Virus record (IMG/VR): IMGVR_UViG_3300025674_000030
Span: 1-64,000 of that record
Origin: a virus
DNA length: 64,000 bases
Direction: 5' to 3' (one strand)
Of this stretch, positions 30,701-40,199 are shown piece after piece (the first letter of the stretch is position 1; each line of letters opens with the position of its first letter). The position numbers and the translations under genes are program-made. Below the pieces are notes generated by a model. It made no database searches, had not been told where the DNA came from, and saw only the letters and a list, made by a program, of their open reading frames with translations.

Positions 30701-33575
30701 GGTTGTTTCACCATCTGGTATTGAAATAAGTCAGACTGGCAGTGGGCACACGAACTTGACAGGAAGTTTGATTGAGATTTTTGGTGGTGAGGCGCTTTGG
30801 CAAGCAGGCAAGAAAGCCGGAATTGTTGACAACTCTACTGGAACCCCTTCTTTTTCACCTATCTCCTCCAATCCTTGGTTTAATGATTATGACGACTTCA
30901 AGGCAGAACTTAAGCCTATATCCAAAGATTACTCCATAGTTCCAGAATTTAGAATCAGCGAGAAGGTGCCAACATACCTCAAGGTGGGCACCAACGGTGC
31001 GGGTATCATTGACGCCTTTGAGATTGTTGGGACAGCCAACAACAGTTCAGATGAAGATTTTTACAAAGATTACTCCAACTCTGAGTTTTTGAAAGATTTT
31101 GCTAATATTTCTGATATTACTAAAACAGATCTCAAAGAGCTAAGACTCGTCTGCAAGGCGATAACAAGATTCAATCCATATAAGGGATTCTACCCAGCAC
31201 AAAGAACCGTTGATATGGTTCAGCAGTTTGGAGTTTCTTACGAAAACTCATTGTCTGCAAACGGCCAAGGCTCAGAGCCAAACTCTGGTAGGGATTTGAT
31301 CGACAATAGTGGATCTTACTTGAGGCCGCTTTTGCAGCCACTGTTTGCTCCCGGCATCCTATACAACACAATTAAGTCTGGTATCTCTGTTGACTTCCCT
31401 GTTCTAACTACTCCCAAGAAAAGAGTGGTTGAATACACGAGTGGAAGCCAGCCTATCTACCTATTGAACACATTGTCTCCAGAAGAGGGCCCCGGCTTAT
31501 CTGGCGAGGAAAGGTGGTCTAGTGGTAAGTTTTGGGACAAAAGACTTCCCTTTGAGACCATTATAGACCCAGATAGACACATGGCTAATCTTCAGTTCTT
31601 TGATATGGAGCCACACCCAACAGTAAGCCTCGACGTAACTGCGTCGTTCGCAGCCCCCACAAATGATCCAACATTTAAGAAAATGTCTAACAACTTCTTT
31701 GCTGAAGTTGCTGATTTCTTCTTAAAGGATTCTGAATACACAACCCTTAAGTCAGGAATAGTTGAGGGAGAGTTTACTTTTGAAAGCGGCTCTGTTTATG
31801 GTGCAAGATTGAAGATTCGACGTTCCACAAAGGGCGACAGAACCTACGTGTATGATTATGATGCAAAGGGGGTTACTGGATCCTCAAATAGCAGCTACTT
31901 TGGCACCAATGGTTTGAGAGTACAAGACCTATCTGGTAACTTGGGCACAAGCTCCATACAGGTTCCCCAAGATCCAAAAGAAAACTCCAACTTTAAAGAA
32001 ACCTTTACAATGTATTCAAGACCGACAGCCTTTGGTCCTGCCTGCCTAGGTCGCGAATCTGATAACTTTACAGAAAACAGCGGTGCCATAGACAGCCTAA
32101 CAGGGTATAACTGGGCTTTCACACCTCCTTATTACCACGGTGAATCTTGGGCAGACTTGGTTTTCTACCCCGATCACACCAAAAAATACACCCTTGAAGA
32201 GATACTTTCTGAAATGAAAGTAAACTACCTAAGAGTAGACACGGGATACGAGCACGATTCTATTGTTTATGGTAGTGGCACCGCTGCAACCTCCATCTAT
32301 GGCTCTCATAATGTTAATGAAAACTCAATGCAACTAGACTCTGTTCTAAACTTGTTTGGTATTGAAAACATACCATTTGAGGAGATTGAACAAGAGACTA
32401 ACCTCAAGACACAAAGAAACACTACAGTTGCACAAAGATGGGTTATTCAGCCAAAGGCTGAGACACCAATGATGAACTTTAATGATGAAGGGGTAAACCC
32501 AATCAACAGCGCAAGCTACAGCCTTGAACCAGTTTATGGCAGCGCTTCTGTTCCTCGTGGAATGTGGCACCAGTTTGGAAACATTCCAGAAGATTCTACT
32601 AAGGGTATTTTCTTAGAAATCGGTGACATACCTTCAAACTGGCTACAGTTCCACCAACTAACTGTTGGACAGGATTCAATTTACAACAACCAAGACTCTG
32701 GCTCAAATGGCCCAGACCTCTTTAGAAAGATGCTGTCCCTAACTGACCTACTTGGGTTTGATAACTCTTCAACAAGATTGGGAGAACTCAAGGAATCTCA
32801 AACCATTCGAGAGGCTATCGTTGCAGTACCTTACATCACTTTGTCAAATGGAAACTGTAACGACACAAATAACCAAGCTTCTGATTCTATGCAAAAGCAG
32901 TTCTTCTCAATCCCAAGAGAAAGAATAAAGGCGGCTATGAATGTTGGTTCAGCAAGGGGTGATGCTGAGTCTTCAGCAGGAGATTCGATCAGAGATCTAG
33001 TCTCTAATGTAAAGAGATATGTTCTACCACCAGAGTTCGATTTTGTTGCAGATTCACAAAAAGAGCCACTAGTGATGTACTTCTTTGAGTTTGAGTACAA
33101 GCTTGATAAGGATGATCTTTCATATATTTGGCAAAACCTTGCACCAAGAGACTATAAGAAGATGCAAGAAAAGATACAATACTCTGCACACAATCTTGCT
33201 GAAAACGAACTTCTACAGCCAGAAGACATCATCGAAAATAAAAACCTACGCTGGATGGTGTTCAAAGTTAAGCAGCGCGGTATGGCCAAGTACGAGGATA
33301 AAATTTATCGTCAGGCAGGAACCAACGGGACCACCGAGCAAAGCTCTGGCTACAAGGTTGAATACAACTGGCCATACGATTATGTATCATTTGTCGAGAT
33401 GATCAACATAGATGTGGAAACTTTGATGGATAATGAGGCTGCGATGACCTCCACCAAGGTCAATGCTGCCTCAACAAAAATCCCAGACTCTGTTGGCAGA
33501 GACAAGGTTACACAAGCCGTAGAGGACAATATTGTTGAGAAAACACTAAATATGATAGATGGGTTGGTTGAATAG
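24690..33575 (+). CDS. Giant (2961 aa) baseplate/tail protein with LamG/ConA-like domain
   Basis: TVEFW, WKHYAVS, LYVNG, FSGSMDEFRFW and YYKFNEG match LamG. IFKSKGTEKSI resembles baseplate wedge (gp7/P2 I-like) motifs. Confidence 0.7.
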   Translation: MSIKDLFDKKRNDLPQTTNQEMLDNVESTNNLIQKSELRETFVPQIDYSEPENFTKFGSAHLYYKSAIERIYDYFPYDGSEAEINAFTNQSLPHERYIFDNLYPRTNGYANFDGSSYINLKGGPNATSYTTLGGLFRDAGSTKRSQANLYETNVYQTDNKPSDYGSGTRESNLKCDFQTGVTVEFWLKAPAPSSNTKQTIFHLTNSSGGDALTIFLSGTTGSPFHVSIDDSATSVFSNQQLGSAPTTSSIEDWKHYAVSFKSASAGVETKLYVNGVLDSTNTLGSTGINTLTQKGTIAYIASGSVGYFSGSMDEFRFWKTERNAFQIGTNYFTQVRGGANTDTANSTLGVYYKFNEGTTGDSALDEIVLDYAGRITNGTWNGTVSRTLESAIVEAGAAATEYQDPIIYDSHPSVVSLKSDLESKGTFYDSNNPTKFINYFPSWVIEESENDDKSQLEMVSHIIGTYFDKLYLQIQSVTQFKQPLYTSASYKPLPFARNLPQSLGLYTPEIFIDSDIINTVANKTEAFNFEGDLEDTKNLIYLNLYNNLSSIFKSKGTEKSIKGVLRCFYIDDQVIKLNTYSNKARYELRNNLEQTTKLNKYINFNKRSGTGAVIFQKQDPADTTNTIGYISGSESEGYEFAYGATVEADVTFPYFKNSIDVIDRDFNEVSLFGVVSASVDAPDDTTFFGTDNTNFQIFAVRDHKKSKNAYFKLTSSISPNPFPEITSSVFFDVYNNQDWNLSVSVVPSKSGSLKYVTGSGDYSYTLKFEGYNTLLGDVRDSFSIEETLTKTQGENFLKSAKRVYAGAYRQNLTGSLINESDVLVSGVRYWLRSIDFDSKKQHALDFDNVGRTDSYQNLSVLDSQTKNLDVLNKDTLALSWEFGNLTGSDSGGNFYITDYSSGSALVRDNYGWVGSISGYQHSGYGYGFATSSADAIEEKRLNVFKFVDPERTISSDMITLVDDALELYGVPEDVVSYHHTLEKSMYSAISDEMLKFFAGAADFNNLIGDPVNRYRMDYKALEKLRQAFFLRVENVKEVERYIDYYKWFDDSLGDIIKQLIPASAVVSENIFDVVESHVLERNKYQSKFPTIEFRTADPESPALGIREKTYDWEHAHHPASNSQRENSEYWQKRANRENSDVISSGDSAIDEQRDGIIETADKYNNQPAPTVSQPDRQTYSGQTYVLRKLSRPYKLNIDRRTYEPRIIKGGTNFEVNKNFEYHRVALHPAGPVNNDDGVFVPKNVLLGFTEDLVQLEDTIDPPKDPRILVKRNIKVQSGRDWEDGIGYKNNKSDIIFPFNIISSSINTGYNKEVVERVTASVEVVNIHNDVYGEDMERPMQGPFTDYAVGGLQYRHIGLNDGNDNYLNRPEGWKLALGLCAGVTGAIGMIGPDYPYPEANAVNENPYPMTGAQKAHLYRDMVAKRPVNIRNIHHTTGSTILGNYNHNYDVVQAGSAFSNPRQFVEKQPSLPANTFSSNARYATSVRTLLDINRNSGGHNDINGDYSVEYLLSASGDSVFTTRFSAPGGIEVMTKGYQDFRSSTYSVYNALNARNQTVRRSFQGVSSSIVSETSGIRNFDHTGRDFGLTNLAARHSARFFRDSTLESNPGASYNEAPSFHRVHRNNKVFAVFESDNTKQSFDNLNVQHQIPRSDRQYSWITSSIIHRDVNDPRYSGFMNTDVNEPPADAPYYVITGAYIPFFEYVSASDPGSAIYQNTTRLNLLVTDATGSEQNVLGSQNVQITSLTTLPEHRRLNALLIRRGDLYGWNWNKVRQQDHPILRIEKQQNKISAYSNNQIVSYDMRPVNQSGRPVMLNIYKTTQTNVGGVPTQASSSITLRATYNNLKQGFNDVDYQNVSGLRLSNRRTSLEDFVDMVTSSPEYSLNWVKYSENIFPSQRNAFDVSKTLRDGYDNKYWRDQATDREKLGNTLENSFGVSLSQSSWILDAPPDFYTRATIPSSADLKTKAAGELQNTYFSYHNSGAPAANTLSPGALYSRKHCVPTYRSVVSPSGIEISQTGSGHTNLTGSLIEIFGGEALWQAGKKAGIVDNSTGTPSFSPISSNPWFNDYDDFKAELKPISKDYSIVPEFRISEKVPTYLKVGTNGAGIIDAFEIVGTANNSSDEDFYKDYSNSEFLKDFANISDITKTDLKELRLVCKAITRFNPYKGFYPAQRTVDMVQQFGVSYENSLSANGQGSEPNSGRDLIDNSGSYLRPLLQPLFAPGILYNTIKSGISVDFPVLTTPKKRVVEYTSGSQPIYLLNTLSPEEGPGLSGEERWSSGKFWDKRLPFETIIDPDRHMANLQFFDMEPHPTVSLDVTASFAAPTNDPTFKKMSNNFFAEVADFFLKDSEYTTLKSGIVEGEFTFESGSVYGARLKIRRSTKGDRTYVYDYDAKGVTGSSNSSYFGTNGLRVQDLSGNLGTSSIQVPQDPKENSNFKETFTMYSRPTAFGPACLGRESDNFTENSGAIDSLTGYNWAFTPPYYHGESWADLVFYPDHTKKYTLEEILSEMKVNYLRVDTGYEHDSIVYGSGTAATSIYGSHNVNENSMQLDSVLNLFGIENIPFEEIEQETNLKTQRNTTVAQRWVIQPKAETPMMNFNDEGVNPINSASYSLEPVYGSASVPRGMWHQFGNIPEDSTKGIFLEIGDIPSNWLQFHQLTVGQDSIYNNQDSGSNGPDLFRKMLSLTDLLGFDNSSTRLGELKESQTIREAIVAVPYITLSNGNCNDTNNQASDSMQKQFFSIPRERIKAAMNVGSARGDAESSAGDSIRDLVSNVKRYVLPPEFDFVADSQKEPLVMYFFEFEYKLDKDDLSYIWQNLAPRDYKKMQEKIQYSAHNLAENELLQPEDIIENKNLRWMVFKVKQRGMAKYEDKIYRQAGTNGTTEQSSGYKVEYNWPYDYVSFVEMINIDVETLMDNEAAMTSTKVNAASTKIPDSVGRDKVTQAVEDNIVEKTLNMIDGLVE

Positions 33576-33577
33576 TA

Positions 33578-34579
33578 ATGGCGAAATTTATAGATAAAAA
33601 AGAACGAGTAATAGATTTCAAGCTAACTAGCTATGGAAATTATCTGCTATCTATTGGCAACTTCAAGCCAACCTATTATTCTTTTTTAGATGATAACGTA
33701 GTATACGACTCAGAGTATTTCGGCAGAACGGGCGAGAAACAGAATGATATCCAAAAAAGAATCAAAGAAGATACTCAGTATCTTGAATCTCTGGTTTTGT
33801 TTGAAGAGATAGGTAAAAACACCCTACCCGCTACGGAGATGAACTTCTTCCAATCAGATGTTACCCCACAACAAAAAACAACAAGAATAGATGAGTTCAG
33901 GCTTAACTCAATTATTGGTGATTCTTTTGTTGCAGAAGACAAACAAAAAGTTCCATCTTGGAAGGTTGTGTCCCTAAGATCTGATATATCGTCATCTACT
34001 GCTATTGATGGAGTTAACGGCACCCAAATCCCACAAATAAACATCACAGCAAGCTACTTTAAAAAAATAGCAGAGGTTGCCGAATATAACGAAAGAATCC
34101 TCAACACATCCATCGCTCCAGATCTAGAATCTGTTAGCGAAGTTTTTGCAGATGGTAAAGTGATTTACTTGGAAATGAGCGAACCAGTTATTTATGTTGA
34201 AGAAGCAAACACCGAAATCTTAAATCAAAATTTTGATATTGAAGTTTTTGAGGTTCAAGATGGTACCGCAGCAAGTGGTGAAAAATTGATAAGAAAATAC
34301 TTCCAAGATAAGCAGGAGCAAATTGTTGATGATTATATGGTCGCTGCCAATCCAGTAACAAACCCAGAAGATCTGATAACCGACGACGCCATAGAGAAGT
34401 TTTTTTCTGTGCTTGTTGACGGCGAGATAGATGAAAAAACTGCTTGCAAGCTTGCTTCTGTCTTTAACAAAGAAAGCTTTTTGATTGATTTAGACTTTGA
34501 TTGTGACAAGGTTGTACAAGAAGATCTATTTTATGATATTTATGGTAGTGAAACAGAGGCCGAGATATGTCAAACATAG
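33578..34579 (+). CDS. Putative tail/baseplate structural protein (paralogue of 40200-41219)
   Basis: N-terminal FIDKKERVIDFKLTSYG...YSFLDDNVVYD aligns with the N-terminus of 40200. Confidence 0.55.
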   Translation: MAKFIDKKERVIDFKLTSYGNYLLSIGNFKPTYYSFLDDNVVYDSEYFGRTGEKQNDIQKRIKEDTQYLESLVLFEEIGKNTLPATEMNFFQSDVTPQQKTTRIDEFRLNSIIGDSFVAEDKQKVPSWKVVSLRSDISSSTAIDGVNGTQIPQINITASYFKKIAEVAEYNERILNTSIAPDLESVSEVFADGKVIYLEMSEPVIYVEEANTEILNQNFDIEVFEVQDGTAASGEKLIRKYFQDKQEQIVDDYMVAANPVTNPEDLITDDAIEKFFSVLVDGEIDEKTACKLASVFNKESFLIDLDFDCDKVVQEDLFYDIYGSETEAEICQT

Positions 34580-36789
34580 TGCTAAAGGGAGATGTACTAC
34601 AGAACATAGGAGAGTTTTTGCCCAATGTTTATATCGAAAGCATTGAGGTAACTACAGATTCTACAAGAAATAGAAGTACAACATTTGCTCTCGACATATA
34701 TTTCTCAGTTCTTTTTTTGATTTCTGATGAATATGATGTCTCCGATATTAAGAGGCAGATTGAAGATGTAAACTTTTATTGTAGTTTCAAAAATACCTTT
34801 TATACCAAATCTGGCCTACTTGATACTGACACCGAGCCTATAGACTTGTTGAGTGGTGTTGAGCTTTCTAGCTTGCTAGATAACAAAGCAAACTATCAAG
34901 ATGATTTGTATGATGAAGAGGGTAGAAGAGTTTTAAAAGTTAGCGCGAACAGGATTATTAATAGGGAACTGCCTCCAGAATTTGAGCTTTATCTATACAC
35001 CTTTTCATCATTGCTAAACAAGGCACAATATAAATATACTCTTTCTGGTGCCGATGTACCCGTTCTATATTTCAATACAAGCAATGTGTCTTATGAAAAA
35101 ATCTTTTCTTCTGGCTACAAGATTCTTAAAGAAGAACAAGTTATCTATCTTGATACAGCGGGCCAGAAATATGGACAAGTGCCCCTGCTGGGGCTTGACC
35201 GAAACTATTATAAAACTTCAACAGTGACAAGAGAGGATATTATCTCAAGCGTTAATGCATTATTGCGACGCTTTAGCGCAAGAAGCACAAGCGTCTTGTC
35301 TGATTTAGTAGATTCAATCAAGTATGTTTTACGCACCGAGTCCGATACAGAAAACTTACTGGTCGAACTCGACAAGGTTAGAAAGTCTTTTCCCAACAAA
35401 ACCAACAACAATCCTGTTGGCAACTTATACGCCGCATATTCTAAACTTTTGCAAAACTTTAACTCATCTTTCCCTCGCGTAGATATTGTTACAAAAGATA
35501 GATATATGACTGGCAAAGTTATTGATAAAAGGAATCCTCGCGGCACAGAGCTTACTCCGATCGCAACAAGAAGCTCCGTTGACGCCATACCCGCAGATTT
35601 GGTTTTTGTGCATAGAGAGCGCCCGGTCGATCAGTTTGGTGGATCAATAGGCGCCTTCAATGAGGGCATGTTTTTTGTTCGTTTCGAGGAAATACTAAAG
35701 AATGAAACAAACATAAGCGTTCTGTTAGATACAGAAAGGTTGTACCAAGTTTTTGCAAATCGAAACTTGAATTCCTTAAGAAGAATATTGTTCTCTTATC
35801 TACCAATGAGCAGGATTTCAATAACAAAATCGCATGATTATGATGGGTCTTCTACAGAGCAAACCCAGCACCTTGATTTTTCCTTTCCAGAAAGAAAGCC
35901 ATCTTATAGTCTTGATTCGGGCGATTCAACAGTTCAATCATTACCGCTTTTTGATATAGAACAGGGTATAGAAGAATACAACTTTGGCTTTACTGCCCCT
36001 CTTGAAAAGCTACTCTGCTTTAGATTTTTAGATATTGATAATTTTGATGATGCTTATGATGCAATACAAATCGAAAATGTCGGATCTGTGGTATTTACTT
36101 ATGTTTTTGAAGCTCAGATGGCGGATAGGACGCACGATTTTGCTATATTTTTATACAACAAATATAGAGAGATATACGACAACTTTATATCCTATGTGGA
36201 CATGGCAAACGAAATCTGTAGTTACAATAACATAGAAAATAGATTTAATGATTTTTTTGTAAATTCAATCAGTGAACAATACCCAGATGATATGTATCCT
36301 TGGGAAATAGCTCCCACATTTTACTCCATGATGGCTTACCTATTATCAGACACAACGTTTGAAACACTTTCAGAAGCAATGGAATATTCCAAGAACATAA
36401 GTGCCGTTGTCTCCCCGGAAAGTGGAAACCTAAGTTCTTTAGAGCAGTTTAGAGCAGTGCTCGATGAGTTTATGATAACAATGGACTCTTTTTTGAGCAG
36501 AGCCAATACTTTCAGTGCAGTTCAAATATTTAGAGAACTTCAAAAAGAAGTTTATTTAACACCGCTTGGCTATCGTGGCTCGGCAGCAATAGACACTTTG
36601 CCCGATGAGGCTGAAGATGATTCTGGTGGCATTATCGCTGGCGGTCTGGGCGGCGGCGTCCTCCGCATCGGGCAGCGCCTGACAACAGTAGATACAAATG
36701 TAGAATCTACAGCCGAAGAACAGCAAATTGGCGATGGTCGTAGATCCCCCCAGACCGGAGGCTCAGGAGACATACCATCTGAAGTTTAA
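34567..36789 (+). CDS. Hypothetical virion protein
   Basis: 740-aa ORF overlapping the upstream gene within the structural operon. Confidence 0.6.
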   Translation: MSNIVLKGDVLQNIGEFLPNVYIESIEVTTDSTRNRSTTFALDIYFSVLFLISDEYDVSDIKRQIEDVNFYCSFKNTFYTKSGLLDTDTEPIDLLSGVELSSLLDNKANYQDDLYDEEGRRVLKVSANRIINRELPPEFELYLYTFSSLLNKAQYKYTLSGADVPVLYFNTSNVSYEKIFSSGYKILKEEQVIYLDTAGQKYGQVPLLGLDRNYYKTSTVTREDIISSVNALLRRFSARSTSVLSDLVDSIKYVLRTESDTENLLVELDKVRKSFPNKTNNNPVGNLYAAYSKLLQNFNSSFPRVDIVTKDRYMTGKVIDKRNPRGTELTPIATRSSVDAIPADLVFVHRERPVDQFGGSIGAFNEGMFFVRFEEILKNETNISVLLDTERLYQVFANRNLNSLRRILFSYLPMSRISITKSHDYDGSSTEQTQHLDFSFPERKPSYSLDSGDSTVQSLPLFDIEQGIEEYNFGFTAPLEKLLCFRFLDIDNFDDAYDAIQIENVGSVVFTYVFEAQMADRTHDFAIFLYNKYREIYDNFISYVDMANEICSYNNIENRFNDFFVNSISEQYPDDMYPWEIAPTFYSMMAYLLSDTTFETLSEAMEYSKNISAVVSPESGNLSSLEQFRAVLDEFMITMDSFLSRANTFSAVQIFRELQKEVYLTPLGYRGSAAIDTLPDEAEDDSGGIIAGGLGGGVLRIGQRLTTVDTNVESTAEEQQIGDGRRSPQTGGSGDIPSEV

Positions 36790-36814
36790 GGACTTTTAGT
36801 TAGGAAAAACAACA

Positions 36815-37303
36815 ATGACAACAATAGACACAGATAGGCTCATAAGTAGATTTGAAAATTTGGATACCAGAACTGAAATGGGGGCAGTAGCCGCAGAAGC
36901 TAGGGAGTTTTTCGACAAGCTTGATGTATTGGCGAGCATTACCGGTTCAGTAGGGGAGCCTGTTTTTGTTGAAATAGCAGTGGAGGAGTCGGATAATTTA
37001 GTAGTTGATTCGCTAAATTCCACAAACAGTGTGATTGTCATTAGAGAAGAGACTCCATCTTTTCCTCCTATCGAGTCCTACGATTATGTTACCAACAAGT
37101 CAAGTGAAGAGATTCAAAAAGATTTGGAGAGTATTTATAGTACCATGGGTGATGAAATGATAAATGACCTTTTTAATACTATGATCAGAGACATCTCAAA
37201 AGACGCAACTGCGCCAGCAAGTTCTACAACTTTTACCTATGATTTCAAGTTTTGTCAAAACAGAAATGCTTCAATAACCGGATCCGTTGGTGGGGGGTAC
37301 TGA
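36815..37303 (+). CDS. Hypothetical protein
   Basis: 162-aa acidic ORF with an AGGA SD. Confidence 0.6.
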   Translation: MTTIDTDRLISRFENLDTRTEMGAVAAEAREFFDKLDVLASITGSVGEPVFVEIAVEESDNLVVDSLNSTNSVIVIREETPSFPPIESYDYVTNKSSEEIQKDLESIYSTMGDEMINDLFNTMIRDISKDATAPASSTTFTYDFKFCQNRNASITGSVGGGY

Positions 37304-37304
37304 T

Positions 37305-37838
37305 ATGGCTACAACCAACAACAGGCTTCGACCAAGAAGAGCATATAAGAGGCCAGTAAATAAATCTTCCGCAGATATCCCGGTAACCAGCACAATCTAT
37401 AATGTAATGGACAACTCGCGCAGGCTATCAGATCAAAAAATCATAACTAAAACATCTGGAGATGGGGAGCCGATACAAGACTCACTTGCTGTTTTAAGCG
37501 CTTTTGGTATGACTGTCGTAGAGGAGCCAAAAAACGTTGAGTCTTCGTTATTATCTGATGCTTTTATAGATTCTCGAAAACTTGAAACCCTACAGAAAAC
37601 TCAAGATACCAACCCCAACAGATTGCAACAAAAGAAGTTTAAAAACCTAAAGAACAAAAAAGTACCTATTTCTGATGTTTTCAATCAAGCGGCCCCAAAC
37701 CCAATAAACGATCTGGATACTTGTCAAGCAAATGAGTATAATATATCCCCAAAACCATCTTTCAATGTTATTGAAATAACAAATGATTTCATCAACTTTT
37801 CTCCCCTCCCCTTATCCACCAGAATTAAAACAAAATGA
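37305..37838 (+). CDS. Hypothetical protein
   Basis: ATG 37305 lies 1 nt after the upstream stop, and the stop overlaps the next ATG. Confidence 0.55.
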   Translation: MATTNNRLRPRRAYKRPVNKSSADIPVTSTIYNVMDNSRRLSDQKIITKTSGDGEPIQDSLAVLSAFGMTVVEEPKNVESSLLSDAFIDSRKLETLQKTQDTNPNRLQQKKFKNLKNKKVPISDVFNQAAPNPINDLDTCQANEYNISPKPSFNVIEITNDFINFSPLPLSTRIKTK

Positions 37839-40156
37839 CTAGTAAAAGATTGACAATCGCTGACCCACAACTACTATCTGGAAGTGGTGATATCACTCGC
37901 GATGCCCTTGGTCTTTCCGTAGACGGTGGCATCATATCTGACTTAATCCAAGAATACGATTATTCAGAGGCCACGGAGGATGAAGACGAAATAAAGAAAA
38001 AGTACATATACAGCATGAGGCTTGTTGGTTCTGAGCAGATATTGAACGATAAGCAATGGTTGTCTTATGTTAGCGGAGGAGAGTATTCAGATGCTTCTTA
38101 TCCGGGTATCTTTGCCGATCTAACATTCTTTGACCACCACCACAATGAGAACATCCCTTATACAGAAAAAGAGGTAAGAGAGAACGGAACTTACAGTACA
38201 CAAAGCCCCACGTTTGTTTCTTGCAAGCCACAGGTTAATAACTACTTTAGGTTGTACGAAGAATCAATACGCAACTTGTCTGACGTTAAAGTTTTGCCAA
38301 ATGGCTACAAGTTACTACACAGTGGTAGCATGATAACTGAGCAGTTTAAGCTTGGCTCTGTGCAGGTTGAGCAAACTGCCTCCCTCTTGGAAAACATATT
38401 TGTAACCAGTGAAGATGTTTATGATGAGATCCAAACAATAAACAACAAGTCAGATTTGTTGCCATATTATGTAAGAACTTCTTTTGATTTTGAATCAACA
38501 GGGCAATTCATTCATGCAGTAGAAGAAAACAATTTTGAGTATAGATTTATAAAGGTTCTAAAAGATTCATTTTTGTCCCAAGATGGCGCTACCGCTCCCT
38601 TGGATGTTACGTTCACAGTGCAGGCTCAGGCTATCGACAGCAGTAGGGAACTAAACAGCGCAACAAGCAATGTAGGGCTTAAAGTAACAGACGTTTTCGA
38701 TATGTTAAGCTACTCCCTTTCCGACTACAACACCGAGAACAGCAATTTTGATTATCTTTATGACAACTCAGAGGCGACCACTTCTCAGTATAATAACAAC
38801 TCGGTTAGAAGATTTGAAAAAACTTTGCCAACAATTAAGCAAACCAACTCTTTGCTTAGCTTGTTAAATGGGCCCATTTTCAAGAATACGTTTTTTGATT
38901 CTCCGCTGGAATCCCAAGAAAAATACAACGAAGTTGTGGCTTATAGAATAGAGAAGATAGGTGGCCAAGTATCTGGTGACTCACTTACTCAAAATACACT
39001 ACAAAACTTTTGGTTTTTAAATACAGATGGGGTAGAGAGGTTTGACTTTATAGATAATCAAGTATTCTTTAATCAAGATTACACGTACAGAATCTATAAA
39101 TATGTGCTAGTGGCGGGTATAGAATACAGTTACTCAGATCTTGCAGTTACAAGAACAATAGCCGATTTAGATAGTGATGGTATAACTGATTCTGCGGGCT
39201 GGTGTCTTGAGTTTTTTGATCCAGCAACCGGCGATTCTTCCGCACCGGTATTTGATGATGGCACTGGTGGAGTGGAGAACATAACCAATACGCTATCCAG
39301 TGATGCGCAAGTTCAATCACAAAACAAATACCTTGCTGATTTCAGACTTACTGTCAGGCCATCTGTAAAGATAGTCGAAGTTCCTATTATGACCAAAGAG
39401 GTTTCAATAGTTGACTCGTTCCCCAACTCTGTCCAAATAAGGCCAACCTTTTTGCTGGACAACTCCAACACATTGCAATTTTTTGTTCGGTATGATACTA
39501 AGGTTCCCGCGCTTTTCCCGACACCTGTAACAACAGCAGACGCAGATTATAAGCAAAGGTTCATGAACTCTTATGATTTAATAGAGAGCGATCTGGTTAC
39601 GGGTGAATCTGGAACCCTACCATTGACCCTTGAAGTTTATAGACTTAAGGAGATGCCACGGTCTGTGGCGGACTTTGACGGAAGCTTACTAATGTCGAAG
39701 AGTATGAAAGTATTGAATCATGATGCTACTTATTCTGCGACTGTTTGTTTCGATAAGGTCACACCAAACACCAAGTATTACTACATGTTTAGGATTGTGA
39801 ACGAAGCTGGCAATGCCGGCCTAAATTCCAATATAATAGAAGCAGAGCTAGTTAGTGATGGTGGCTACAAGTTTGCTAACTTTGAATCTTATTTTGAAAA
39901 CGAACTCAAAGAGAGAGCTTTATCGAGAACACTAAAAGGATTTAAAAAGTTAATAGGGATTAGTCCTACTATTGAAAACCTCATTGTTGATGATTCTATG
40001 GTTGATTATTCTGACCTAGCTAAAAACCAAATCAATAATATAACTTTTGGCCAAAGCGACAATCCAGTGTGGGAAAAAAAGTTTAAAATTCGACTTACAT
40101 CGAAAAAAACAGGCAAGAAGATAGATATAAACATAACACACAAACTCGTTGGTTAA
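37835..40156 (+). CDS. Hypothetical virion protein (beta-rich, FN3-like C-terminal segments)
   Basis: 773 aa. YTYRIYKY and PNTKYYYMFRIVN resemble fibronectin-III strands. Confidence 0.55.
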   Translation: MTSKRLTIADPQLLSGSGDITRDALGLSVDGGIISDLIQEYDYSEATEDEDEIKKKYIYSMRLVGSEQILNDKQWLSYVSGGEYSDASYPGIFADLTFFDHHHNENIPYTEKEVRENGTYSTQSPTFVSCKPQVNNYFRLYEESIRNLSDVKVLPNGYKLLHSGSMITEQFKLGSVQVEQTASLLENIFVTSEDVYDEIQTINNKSDLLPYYVRTSFDFESTGQFIHAVEENNFEYRFIKVLKDSFLSQDGATAPLDVTFTVQAQAIDSSRELNSATSNVGLKVTDVFDMLSYSLSDYNTENSNFDYLYDNSEATTSQYNNNSVRRFEKTLPTIKQTNSLLSLLNGPIFKNTFFDSPLESQEKYNEVVAYRIEKIGGQVSGDSLTQNTLQNFWFLNTDGVERFDFIDNQVFFNQDYTYRIYKYVLVAGIEYSYSDLAVTRTIADLDSDGITDSAGWCLEFFDPATGDSSAPVFDDGTGGVENITNTLSSDAQVQSQNKYLADFRLTVRPSVKIVEVPIMTKEVSIVDSFPNSVQIRPTFLLDNSNTLQFFVRYDTKVPALFPTPVTTADADYKQRFMNSYDLIESDLVTGESGTLPLTLEVYRLKEMPRSVADFDGSLLMSKSMKVLNHDATYSATVCFDKVTPNTKYYYMFRIVNEAGNAGLNSNIIEAELVSDGGYKFANFESYFENELKERALSRTLKGFKKLIGISPTIENLIVDDSMVDYSDLAKNQINNITFGQSDNPVWEKKFKIRLTSKKTGKKIDINITHKLVG

Positions 40157-40170
40157 TAAAAGGCAAACCA

Positions 40171-40180
40171 ACTATTTATT
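40171..40180 (+). promoter_or_regulatory. Putative phage late-promoter motif (ACTATTTATT)
   Basis: Intergenic, 19 nt before ATG 40200, followed by a GAGG SD. Confidence 0.5.
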
Positions 40181-40199
40181 TTGAAAAAGAGGAAATAAT

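Noticed and set aside
36625-36685. Locally GC-rich stretch as a possible structured RNA
   Set aside because: Explained by Gly-rich codons (GGIIAGGLGGG) in the ORF tail; no convincing long stem.
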